Assembly: GCA_902826755.1 (NCBI GenBank)
Contig: CADEGB010000001.1
Location: 1 to 63,831, forward strand
Length of the DNA: 63,831 nucleotides
Direction: 5' to 3'
From: an uncultured Gemmatimonadota bacterium
GTDB taxonomy: Bacteria; Gemmatimonadota; Gemmatimonadetes; Gemmatimonadales; GWC2-71-9
In this document: positions 28,101 to 35,439 of the stretch, one piece after another
How the letters are laid out: the number at the start of each line of letters is the position of its first letter
Numbering within the stretch: the first letter of the stretch is position 1
Notes under the pieces: generated by a model
The model's database searches: none
Told to the model about the DNA's origin: nothing
Seen by the model: the letters and a program-made list of their open reading frames with translations, nothing else
Position numbers and translations under genes: made by a program

Positions 28101-28450
28101 CGCCTCGAGGAGAACCGGCGCTCTTTGCCAGGATGGACTCGGTGGCGCGGGCCCTGGCGGCGCAGGATCTCCGCCTCCGCGGCGATCCGGCTCGTCAGCG
28201 CCTCGACGAATCGCCGACGCAGTCGGTCATGGGTCGGATCGGCGAAGTCATCGGGGGCCACTGGGAAACCCGTCAGATGCCGACGGCCACCCAGCGACGC
28301 GAAATCGACCGCGCCACCACCGAGCTTCAGGACATCGCGCGCGAAATCATCCGGCTGGTCGAGGGCGATTTGACTCAGGTCGAGGCCGCGCTGGAAGCAG
28401 CGGGGGCACCTTGGACGCCGGGCCGGCGGGTCCCCACCCGGCCGCGCTGA
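25133..28450 (+). CDS. Secreted BNR/Asp-box repeat (sortilin/VPS10-like) double beta-propeller protein
   Basis: The signal is LPFALAASVVLAGSATAQ. There are at least 10 Asp-boxes (SxDxGxTW): SRDGGRTWQ, TRDGGITWA, STDGGSTWR, SFDEGATWR, SDDRGHSWT, TTDGGRSWV, SVDGGRSWR and others. An alternative start is at 25169. Confidence 0.85.
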   Translation: MPSATRLPRNDPMPLRLPFALAASVVLAGSATAQTLDTARVEKAAAALAFRAIGPALMSGRIADVEVHPRNRSVWYVAAGSGGVWKTTNAGTTWTPIFDDQPSYSIGEITLDPTNPEIVWVGTGENVSGRHVGWGDGVYKSRDGGRTWQRMGLPKSEHIGRILVHPKDGNVVLVAAEGGLWSAGGERGVYRTRDGGITWAPVLQIDEHTGVTDLEFDPGNPDVVYAAAYQRRRHVWGFLAGGPKSGIYKSTDGGSTWRRLATGLPRGDIGKIGLAVTPAHPSLVYATIEAGAAERGFYRSMDRGESWEKRNGYISGGTGPHYYQEIEASPVNADLVYQMDVFLHVTRNGGATFDYLETGHDKHSDNHALWIDPANGRHLLVGTDAGLYESFDEGATWRHFRNLPVSQFYKVALSNTEPFYHLLGGAQDLGTIHGPSRTLNRDGIRNQDWYVPFGADGYGVAIDPRDDNLLYLMSQEGNLHRRDRRNEEPLNVRPQPGPGDPPERWNWDSPLLLSPHDPDRIYFGSQRLWRSDDRGHSWTAVSGDLTLGANRYERPFMGRTWSVDALHDNAAMSKYATLTAISESPLQAGTLIVGTDDGLVQVTTDGGRSWVRAGALPGLPPLSFVNDVEASLTDPRTFYVVADAHKIGDFSPYVYESVDGGRSWRSIAANLPKGTIVWSIQQDHVKPELLFAGTEFGIWYTPNRGGDWFKLSGGVPTISFRDLKIHRRDGDLVGASFGRGFYVLDDYSPLRDLVGAVAGDDGRLFPVRAAWWYVPSQLGQAPGRPEAGSDDFTAPNPPPGAILTYYLREAPTTARERREATEKSLRDAGRDVPFPGFERLRAEAIEQGPRVLVRIADATGRPVRWLSGPTTAGLHRVNWDLRGPAPDPIDLDPPGFQPPWASTPAGPLVAPGRYTADLVIVSESGVRRLGQPQTFEVKPVPNLPPGTDPVAVAEFQQSTAELMRKAASVAAEIGRARERLRYLRAALLEAPRGEPALFARMDSVARALAAQDLRLRGDPARQRLDESPTQSVMGRIGEVIGGHWETRQMPTATQRREIDRATTELQDIAREIIRLVEGDLTQVEAALEAAGAPWTPGRRVPTRPR

Positions 28451-28555
28451 CGTCGTCGGCAGAAAGGGTTGTTAGGCACCACTCGGGCAGCCCTTTACGC
28501 TAGGCATCCCGGCCTCTCAGGTGCGCCGCCGCCCGACGCGTCTTGCGGTGTCCTG

Positions 28556-28578
28556 CGGTATGACTTATCCTCATACCG
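28556..28578. promoter_or_regulatory. Inverted repeat upstream of the antitoxin gene (candidate TA autoregulatory operator)
   Basis: CGGTATGA-cttatcc-TCATACCG is a perfect 8-bp inverted repeat. It ends at the GGGAGG Shine-Dalgarno sequence, 10 nt before the ATG at 28588. Confidence 0.5.
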
Positions 28579-28587
28579 GGAGGTCCT

Positions 28588-28830
28588 ATGGCCAAGACCA
28601 AAGTCGCCGTTACCCTCGATACGCAGACCGTCCGTCGGGTCGATCGCTTAGTCCGCGATGCACGCTACCCGAACCGCAGTCAAGCGATCGAGGCGGCCGT
28701 CGCCGCCCAACTCAAACGCTTGGAGGGGCGCCGTCTGGCGGAAGAGTGCGGGAAGCTCGATCCCGCCGCGGAACGGGCTCTCGCCGAAGAGGGACTCGGA
28801 TCGGATGCCGCCGCATGGCCGGAATACTGA
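28588..28830 (+). CDS. Ribbon-helix-helix (CopG-like) antitoxin
   Basis: The RHH pattern is KVAVTLDTQTVRRVDRLVRDARYPNRSQAIEAAV. The tail is acidic with a Trp (DAAAWPEY). It overlaps the toxin start by 16 nt. Confidence 0.8.
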   Translation: MAKTKVAVTLDTQTVRRVDRLVRDARYPNRSQAIEAAVAAQLKRLEGRRLAEECGKLDPAAERALAEEGLGSDAAAWPEY

Positions 28831-29153
28831 GGGGCGAGATCCGGTGGGCGGATCTCAACCCTACTCGAGGCAACGAGCAGGCGGGTCAGCGACCGGTCCT
28901 GGTTCTCAGCCATGACATCTTCAACGAGCGCTCCGGGACCGTGATCGCGGTCGCGCTAACGAGCCAGCCCCAGCGGGCGGGATTTCCGCTGACCTTGGAA
29001 CTCGTCGCGCCGCGGTTGCCCAAGCGGTCCTGGGTGAAGATCAGCCAGATCCGCACGCTCGCCACGGAGCGCGTGGGGAAGCGCCTGGGGCGGGCCTCCC
29101 CGGAGGAGCTGGCGCAGGTGCTCGAGGGCCTAAACGAGATTCTTGGTGCCTGA
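28815..29153 (+). CDS. mazF: MazF/PemK-family toxin (mRNA interferase)
   Basis: The sequence LRGEIRWADLNPTRGNEQAGQRPVLVLSHDIFNERSGTVIAVALTSQ...SWVKISQIRTLATERV matches the PemK/MazF core. The ATG at 28815 is in frame with ORF 28521-29153. Confidence 0.85.
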   Translation: MAGILRGEIRWADLNPTRGNEQAGQRPVLVLSHDIFNERSGTVIAVALTSQPQRAGFPLTLELVAPRLPKRSWVKISQIRTLATERVGKRLGRASPEELAQVLEGLNEILGA

Positions 29154-29420
29154 TATCAAGTTTGAAGTGCAACCGCCGAAGTCAGGGGACATCCTCTGTG
29201 CGGTGTCCGACAATCGTTTACCATGGCCAGAGCGCGCTTGAATCGCGCCACTCGGCTACCCCGCGCGGGCGACAATCGCGGTCTTACTGACTGAGCCATG
29301 CTGCACGGTGAGTTACCCGTCCAACCACGAGCAGCGCCAAAGGGCCGACGGCATCGCTCACGAGTTTATTGCAGTTGCCGCCGACCCTTTTGAGTCAACC
29401 CCCGGCACGAAAACGTTGGC

Positions 29421-29984
29421 GTGGGCCCCGGTCGAGGGCCGATTGTCCGCCGGCACCCGAACAGAGCGATCTCCAAGCGCCGGAGATGCGCGATCAGTCC
29501 TTTTCCGAGCCTTGCTTCGACCGGACGACTCACGTGCGACCTCCGAGGCGATTTCGTTGTCGTCGCGCCGACACTCGCGGGCACCGTGCGGCTCTACGAC
29601 AAGTCTGGAACCCTTCGATGGGAAACACGGTTGGCCGATTATGGCGGAACAGCAGTCCGGCTCATGGGAGACGGCGGAGTCGTGCTCGCCCGGCCGCCGG
29701 GACGGACGGTTCGAGACATCACCCTCCACGCGATCGTGCTCGACCCGGAGTACCTACTGGTTCAAACCGCCGGCGTTTCGAAACAGCATCCCGGGCCTGG
29801 TTTCGATTACGACTACGTGGACTCCCGCATCCTCCGGATTTCAGATGGCACCGAAGTGAGCCGAACCCGCAACCTCCCGGTGGTTCTTGCCATCAGCGAC
29901 GGGAAGGCACTGATCGGGAACTCCAACGAGGCGGAGTTTGGGCTGGAGGTTCGACCCGTCCTCACAGGCCGCCGGCGCCGGTAG
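29421..29984 (+). CDS. Hypothetical protein or gene remnant (beta-propeller-repeat-like C-terminal part)
   Basis: Only the segment from about 29535 on reads like protein (DFVVVAPTLAGTVRLYDKSGTLRWETRLADYGG...). The N-terminal 38 aa look like noise and there is no signal peptide. Codon third positions are visibly more A/T-rich than in neighbouring genes. The start is unresolved. Confidence 0.35.
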   Translation: MGPGRGPIVRRHPNRAISKRRRCAISPFPSLASTGRLTCDLRGDFVVVAPTLAGTVRLYDKSGTLRWETRLADYGGTAVRLMGDGGVVLARPPGRTVRDITLHAIVLDPEYLLVQTAGVSKQHPGPGFDYDYVDSRILRISDGTEVSRTRNLPVVLAISDGKALIGNSNEAEFGLEVRPVLTGRRRR

Positions 29985-30111
29985 GTTGGCCGCGCGGCCG
30001 GCCAGCGCCAGTTGGTCCCGATTCGGAGGAGCTACGGGCTGGCGTGACGACGAGGACCGCCGGGGAACGAACCCCCGGCGGCCCAAGGAAACGAGGGACC
30101 CAGTCGCTGCT

Positions 30112-33100
30112 TTATCGCGGGGGCGAACCCGGCCGGCGGGCCCGGACCGGCGGCGGCGGCTCCGGCTTGAGTACCACCGGCTTCTCGCGCAACATTCGCA
30201 TCGCCTCTTCGACCGCTCGCTCGAGCTGGGGATCCCGGCCAGCCGCGACGTCCTTCGGCGTCATCTCGACCACGATGTCCGGCGCCACGCCCTCGTTCTC
30301 GACCGCCCACTTGCCGTCGAGATCGAAGAACCCGCCCCGCGGCGCCAACATCGCCCCGCCGTCGATGAGCGGCGGGGTGTCCCAGATGCCCACCAGGCCG
30401 CCCCACGTCTTGGTCCCGATCAACGGCCCGATCTTCATCTGTCGGAACATGTACGGCAACATGTCGCCACCGGAACCGGCGCTCTCGTTGATCAACATCA
30501 CCTTGGGACCCCAGATGCCCGCGGCCGGGGTCGTGAACGGCTGCCGGTTCCCCACCGGGTTGTTGAAGTACCCCTGGAGCGGCCGGTTCAGGAGCTCCAC
30601 GATGTAGTCGGCCACCGAACCACCGCCGTTGTAACGCTCGTCGATCACCACGCCCTGGCGATCCTGCTGCGCGAAGAAGTAGCGATTGAAGAACGTGTAC
30701 CCGCCCTCCCCGGTGTTCGGGAGATAGACGTAGCCGAGTTTCCCGCCGGAGAGCTGGTCGACTCGGCGACGGTTGGATTCGACCCAGTCAAAGGTCCGGA
30801 GCCCGGCCTCGTTGCGGACCGGGACCACCGTCACCCGCCGGGCGCCCTCGAGCGTTGGCCGGCCATTGACCGCGATCGTGATCTGCCGATCCGCCGTCCC
30901 TTCGAGCAGCCGATCGATGTTGTCGCGAGCCGTGAGTTCGGTCCCGTTGATCGCGACGACGTAGTCGCCCACGCTCACGCCGAGTCCCGGCGCGGCGAGC
31001 GGACCGACCACGGTCGGATTCCAGTTCTCCCCGCTGTAGATCTTGGCGATTCGATACCGGTTGTCGACGATCTCGTAGTCGGCGCCGAGCAGGCCCGAAC
31101 CGGCGTTCGGAACCTCCGGAAGGTCGCCGGCAAACACGAACGAGTGACCGACGGCCACCTCGCCACCGAGGACGTCTTGCAGGTACACCAGATCGGACCG
31201 GTGCCGGACATGATCGATGAAGGGCGCGTACAACGCCTTCGTCTTCACGTAGTCCGCACCATGCAGGTTCGGGACGTAAAGGAAGTCCCGCTGAAACCGC
31301 CATCCCTCGTCGAACATCTGCTTGAACTCGACCTTCGGATCCACCAGCGTCCGTACCGCCGCCACGTTGACGGCTCCCGTCCCGGCTGCCGGCGGGGCAG
31401 CTTCGCCATCCACGATGTGCCAGCTGCCCGCTCTGGCCTGGTAGAGAATCTTCTTCCCGTTGGCCGAGATGCGATAACCCCGCACCCCGGTCGCGAAGGC
31501 AGCCGCCTTCCGATCCTTGAGCTGCCAGCGGTGGAGGGTACTCCCCGGGGCGGGACCGCGCGTCGCGCCGGTCGCCGGGACGGCCTCGAGGAAGAAGAAG
31601 GTCCCGGCCGGGCCGGCTCGAAGCATCGAATAGTCCCGCGCGACCACGTCGGTGGCCACGATCCGGGTCTGGATCCCGTCGAGATCGACCACCACGGTCG
31701 GCGGCTTCCCGGCCGTCGAATCCTTCTTCGCAACCCCGGTCGTGTCGGTGACTGGCTCCTCGTCGCTTTGCGGTAGCAGCGGCGACGGATCGCTCTTGGC
31801 GAGAACAGTGAGGTAGAGCGCCCGGGTAGCCGGTCGATCGTACGACTGCATTTCCAGCCAGCCGGTGTTGAGGCCGAAATCGGTCGACGCCAGGAAGGCG
31901 AGGTACTTGCCGGAGGCGTCCCAAGCCGGCCACACCGCGTCGGCGAGCCCGTCGGTCACCTGATGTGCCCGGCCGGCCGCGACATCGTACAGAAAGATCG
32001 CGTGCAACTGGGTGGGCAGCCGCTTCGCGTAGGCAATCCACCTGGAATCCGGACTCCAAACCGGATTGATCGATCGCTCAGGCACCATCCACTGGTCGTT
32101 GTCAGCCTTGGTGGCCTTACCACTGGCGACGTCGACCACCCAGAGCCCCAGATGAGTGTCGGTGAAGAGGACCTTCTTGGAATCCGGAGACCACGACGGC
32201 GTGAAGTAGAACGTCGGCGACGGGAGCTCGATTTCCCGCGGCGCCGTGGCCCCGTCGGCCGCGGCCAGGACCAGCCGATACTCTCCGCTCCGGTCGCTGA
32301 AGTAAGAGACCCACTTCCCGTCGGGCGACCACGCCGGTTCCCGCTCCGCGACGCCAGGGGTGTTCGTCAGGTTCCGCCAATCCCCCTTTTCCGCGGGGAC
32401 CGAGAAGATCTCGCCCCGAGCCTCGAACAGCGCCCGCTTCCCGGTGGGGGACAACGCCGCGTTGAACACCAGTCGATCGACCGCCTTCCATTGCGGCGCC
32501 AGCCAGGGGAAGTCTCCCCGCACGGTGATGTTCACCGCCTCGGCGCGGCCGTTCTTGGGGTCGAGCAGGTGGATTCGACCCCCCTTCTCGAAGACCAGGA
32601 CCCCGCCGCCGGCCGACAGCGACTTGATGTCATAGTCCGTGAATCGGGTAACCTGGGTCGTCTGCCGCGTCCGCGTGTCGTACGCCCAGACGTTCATGAG
32701 ATAGTCGCGGTCCGACAGGAAGTAGACCGTCTCCCCGAGCCAGGTCGGGCTCAGGTCCCGGCTGTCGGTCCAGGCGGGACTTTCAAACTCCAGGTTGTCG
32801 AGCCGCGCGATCCAGATGGCCCGCGCCTGCCCGCCGCGGTAGTTCCGCCATTCCGTGTCCCAGATGTTGGGCATCACGTAGGCAAAGCGGCGGCCGTCAG
32901 GGCTGTGGGCGCCATCCGAGCCGCGAGGAATGGCCATCGGGGTCTCGGCGCCCCCATCCACCCCAACGGTCCAGAACTGAGTGATCCCGGCACTCGGCGC
33001 CTTGGTGGCCCGCGCCGAGGTGAAGACGACCCGCCGGCTGTCGGGCGTCCACCCCGTGACCACGCTGCCGGCCGGATGCCAGGTCAGCCGCCGGGCATCG

Positions 33101-33390
33101 CCCCCCTCCACCGCCACGACGTAAACGGACCCGGTCCCTCCGTACTGGCCGGTGAACGCGATCCACTTCCCGTCCGGCGACAGCTTGGGATCGGCCGTCT
33201 CGCCGTGGTAGCTGGTGACCCGACGAGCATCCCCGCCCGAGCGGTCCACGACCCAGATGTTGTTCGCGTACGCAAAGGCGATGTGCCGCTCGCTGACGGA
33301 CGGCTGGCGGACAAACAGGGTCTGGCCGGCGGCGGTCCCCGCCAACGTCCCAGCCAGAACCAACGTTCCAACGATGAAACGAGCACGCAT
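30112..33390 (-). CDS. Tricorn protease homologue (beta-propellers + PDZ + S41 peptidase)
   Basis: The signal is MRARFIVGTLVLAGTLAGTAAGQ. The N-terminus reads IAFAYANNIWVVDRSGGDARRVTSYHGETADPKLSPDGKWIAFTGQYGG, followed by repeated SPDG/SPDS PD40-like blades. The C-terminus has the S41 motif LINESAGSGGDMLP. Confidence 0.9.
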   Translation of the reverse strand: MRARFIVGTLVLAGTLAGTAAGQTLFVRQPSVSERHIAFAYANNIWVVDRSGGDARRVTSYHGETADPKLSPDGKWIAFTGQYGGTGSVYVVAVEGGDARRLTWHPAGSVVTGWTPDSRRVVFTSARATKAPSAGITQFWTVGVDGGAETPMAIPRGSDGAHSPDGRRFAYVMPNIWDTEWRNYRGGQARAIWIARLDNLEFESPAWTDSRDLSPTWLGETVYFLSDRDYLMNVWAYDTRTRQTTQVTRFTDYDIKSLSAGGGVLVFEKGGRIHLLDPKNGRAEAVNITVRGDFPWLAPQWKAVDRLVFNAALSPTGKRALFEARGEIFSVPAEKGDWRNLTNTPGVAEREPAWSPDGKWVSYFSDRSGEYRLVLAAADGATAPREIELPSPTFYFTPSWSPDSKKVLFTDTHLGLWVVDVASGKATKADNDQWMVPERSINPVWSPDSRWIAYAKRLPTQLHAIFLYDVAAGRAHQVTDGLADAVWPAWDASGKYLAFLASTDFGLNTGWLEMQSYDRPATRALYLTVLAKSDPSPLLPQSDEEPVTDTTGVAKKDSTAGKPPTVVVDLDGIQTRIVATDVVARDYSMLRAGPAGTFFFLEAVPATGATRGPAPGSTLHRWQLKDRKAAAFATGVRGYRISANGKKILYQARAGSWHIVDGEAAPPAAGTGAVNVAAVRTLVDPKVEFKQMFDEGWRFQRDFLYVPNLHGADYVKTKALYAPFIDHVRHRSDLVYLQDVLGGEVAVGHSFVFAGDLPEVPNAGSGLLGADYEIVDNRYRIAKIYSGENWNPTVVGPLAAPGLGVSVGDYVVAINGTELTARDNIDRLLEGTADRQITIAVNGRPTLEGARRVTVVPVRNEAGLRTFDWVESNRRRVDQLSGGKLGYVYLPNTGEGGYTFFNRYFFAQQDRQGVVIDERYNGGGSVADYIVELLNRPLQGYFNNPVGNRQPFTTPAAGIWGPKVMLINESAGSGGDMLPYMFRQMKIGPLIGTKTWGGLVGIWDTPPLIDGGAMLAPRGGFFDLDGKWAVENEGVAPDIVVEMTPKDVAAGRDPQLERAVEEAMRMLREKPVVLKPEPPPPVRARRPGSPPR

Positions 33391-33498
33391 ACGTTCACGA
33401 CCTGATGGATGAGGGGGACGATCCGAGCCAATGCCGGAAACTACCGGCGCTAGCCGCGACCGGCGAGGGGAGCGGCCGACGGCCACCGCGATTGGATC

Positions 33499-33512
33499 CC
33501 GCCATATGGCGG
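33499..33512. promoter_or_regulatory. Perfect 14-bp palindrome in the tricorn/PP2C divergent spacer
   Basis: CCGCCATATGGCGG lies 30 nt upstream of the PP2C GTG start. Confidence 0.35.
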
Positions 33513-33541
33513 CAGCGGCCCCGCCTTCGTAGCTTCGGGAC

Positions 33542-34438
33542 GTGACCGACCCGCCACCGACCGAGACGCCGCCAGCCGCCTGGAAGCCGCGCGACCAGGA
33601 CCTCGATTTCTTCGGCCTGACCCATGTCGGTCTGGTGCGAAAGGAAAATCAGGACCATTTCCTGTTCTCCACGCTCCACAAAACGATGCGAGTCGGCGGC
33701 ACCAGTCTGCCGAATCCCGAACTGCTCGAACTGCCGAGTCAGCGGCTGGCGTCGTTTGCCATGGTGGCCGATGGGGTCGGCGGTCACGCGGGCGGCGAGG
33801 TGGCCAGTCGCGCCGCGGTCGAGACGATCACCCGCTACGCCACCGATACCATGCGGTGCGTCCTCAACGCCGACACGGCCGACGAGGCCGCGTTCTTCGC
33901 CGCGCTGGAGGACGGCGCCGTGGCGACCCACCACGCCGTGGTGGCCCGCTCCTTCGAAACCGGCGGAGACGGGGGCAGCGCCACCACCCTCACCGCGCTG
34001 ATGACCGTCTGGCCGACCTGCTACCTCCTCCACGTCGGGGACAGTCGCTGCTATCGGCTCCGAGAGGGACGTCTCGAACAACTGACCCGTGATCAGACGA
34101 TGGCGCAGGAACTGGTCGACTCGGGCGTCATCCCGGCCGAGAAAGCGCCCCACACCCGCTTTGCGCACGTGCTCTCGAGTACCATCGGCGGCCGGCACAG
34201 CCGCCCCGTGGTCACCAAACATGGGGTCCAACCCGGCGACGTGACGCTCCTGTGCTCCGACGGGCTTACCAAGCATGTCTCGGACGAGCGAATTGCCGAG
34301 CGGCTCCGCACCCTCACCTCATCCGAGCAGGCGTGCCAGGCGCTGGTCGCCGACGCGCTCGCCGGCGGCGGGACCGACAACGTCACGGTCATCGTGCTCC
34401 GCGCCGTCCGCCCGGAGGGCGTCCCGCCCTGCCAGTGA
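33542..34438 (+). CDS. PP2C-family Ser/Thr protein phosphatase
   Basis: Motifs are GLTHVGLVRKENQDHF, MVADGVGGHAGGEVASR, LLCSDGLTKHV and GGTDNVTVIVL. Confidence 0.9.
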   Translation: MTDPPPTETPPAAWKPRDQDLDFFGLTHVGLVRKENQDHFLFSTLHKTMRVGGTSLPNPELLELPSQRLASFAMVADGVGGHAGGEVASRAAVETITRYATDTMRCVLNADTADEAAFFAALEDGAVATHHAVVARSFETGGDGGSATTLTALMTVWPTCYLLHVGDSRCYRLREGRLEQLTRDQTMAQELVDSGVIPAEKAPHTRFAHVLSSTIGGRHSRPVVTKHGVQPGDVTLLCSDGLTKHVSDERIAERLRTLTSSEQACQALVADALAGGGTDNVTVIVLRAVRPEGVPPCQ

Positions 34439-35439
34439 AAGCCTGGGTCTGCACCACTCCCACCGGGGTCGAACACCTCGAGTGGAAGGACTGGTCCGTC
34501 CCGGACCCGGAACCGGGCCAGGCAGTGGTGGCCATCGGCGCCGCCAGCCTCAACTTCCCCGATCTCCTCATCGTCCAGGGGAAGTACCAGTTCAAACCAC
34601 CGCCGCCCTTCGTGCCCGGCTCCGAATTCGCCGGCGTCGTCGAGCGAGTCGGATCCGGCGTCACCAGCATCGCGCCAGGCGATCTGGTTGCGTCACTGGC
34701 CGGCATCGGCGGCTTCGCGACCCACGCCACCGTCGCCGCCGATCGGCTGGTCAAGCTGCCGCCGGAGTTCCCCGTCACGGAAGCGGCCGCGTTTACCCTG
34801 ACCTACGGCACGTCCCACCACGCGCTGATCGACCGGGCCGCCCTCCGGGCCGGCGAAACGGTGTTGATTCTCGGGGCCGCCGGGGGCGTCGGAACCTCCG
34901 CGATCCAGATCGCCAAGGCGGTCGGAGCTCGAGTCATTGCCGCCGCGGGAACCGCCGCCAAGGCCGCCTTCTGCCGCAGCCTCGGCGCGGACGAGACGAT
35001 CGACTACGGCGGCGGGAACCTCCGTGACGAGATCAAGCGGCTGACCGGAGGAGCCGGTCCGGACGTCATCTACGACCCCGTCGGCGGCGACCTGACGGAA
35101 CCGGCGTTTCGATCGATTGGCTGGCGGGGGCGGTACCTCGTGATCGGATTTGCCCAGGGTGGAATCCCGAGCCTGCCCCTGAACCTGACCCTGCTCAAGG
35201 GGGCGTCGATCGTCGGGGTGTTCTGGGGGGATTTTGCCCGCCGGGAACCGGCGGCCAGCGCCGCGGCCTACACCGAACTCACCCGGTGGTACGCCGAGGG
35301 GCGGGTCAAACCCGTCATCGATCGGGTCGTGCCGATGGACCAGCTTCCCCAGGCCTACGCCAGGATGTCCTCGCGTCAGGTTCTCGGAAAGCTGGTCCTC
35401 GCCAACGACTCCGGACGGGTCACTTCGTCGGGGGGCTGA
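34435..35439 (+). CDS. Zinc-type alcohol dehydrogenase/NADPH:quinone oxidoreductase (MDR superfamily)
   Basis: The GTG at 34435 overlaps the PP2C stop (GTGA). Motifs are NFPDLLIVQGKYQ, PFVPGSEFAGVV and ILGAAGGVGTSAIQIAKAVGA (Rossmann). Confidence 0.85.
   Translation: MKAWVCTTPTGVEHLEWKDWSVPDPEPGQAVVAIGAASLNFPDLLIVQGKYQFKPPPPFVPGSEFAGVVERVGSGVTSIAPGDLVASLAGIGGFATHATVAADRLVKLPPEFPVTEAAAFTLTYGTSHHALIDRAALRAGETVLILGAAGGVGTSAIQIAKAVGARVIAAAGTAAKAAFCRSLGADETIDYGGGNLRDEIKRLTGGAGPDVIYDPVGGDLTEPAFRSIGWRGRYLVIGFAQGGIPSLPLNLTLLKGASIVGVFWGDFARREPAASAAAYTELTRWYAEGRVKPVIDRVVPMDQLPQAYARMSSRQVLGKLVLANDSGRVTSSGG

Noticed and set aside
26117-28261. 714-aa minus-strand ORF opposite the BNR/sortilin-like gene, and the 619-aa plus-strand ORF 26644-28503 in another frame
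   Set aside because: The plus-strand frame of 25133-28450 carries 10 or more Asp-box motifs. The alternatives are Arg/Pro/Gly-rich noise.
28463-28496. AAAGGG...CCCTTT hairpin after the BNR-protein gene, considered as an intrinsic terminator
   Set aside because: The loop is long (about 16-22 nt), several pairs are wobble pairs and there is no U-tract.
28451-30111. Search for an integrase, a transposase, flanking direct repeats or a tRNA that would define a mobile island around the TA pair
   Set aside because: None was found by eye. The islet idea rests only on apparent composition and the lack of clean coding, so no mobile_element feature is reported.
29938-33405. Plus-strand ORFs 29938-31776 (612 aa) and 31963-33405 (480 aa) opposite the tricorn protease
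   Set aside because: They are shadow ORFs. The tricorn frame has PD40-like blades, a PDZ domain and an S41 catalytic motif.
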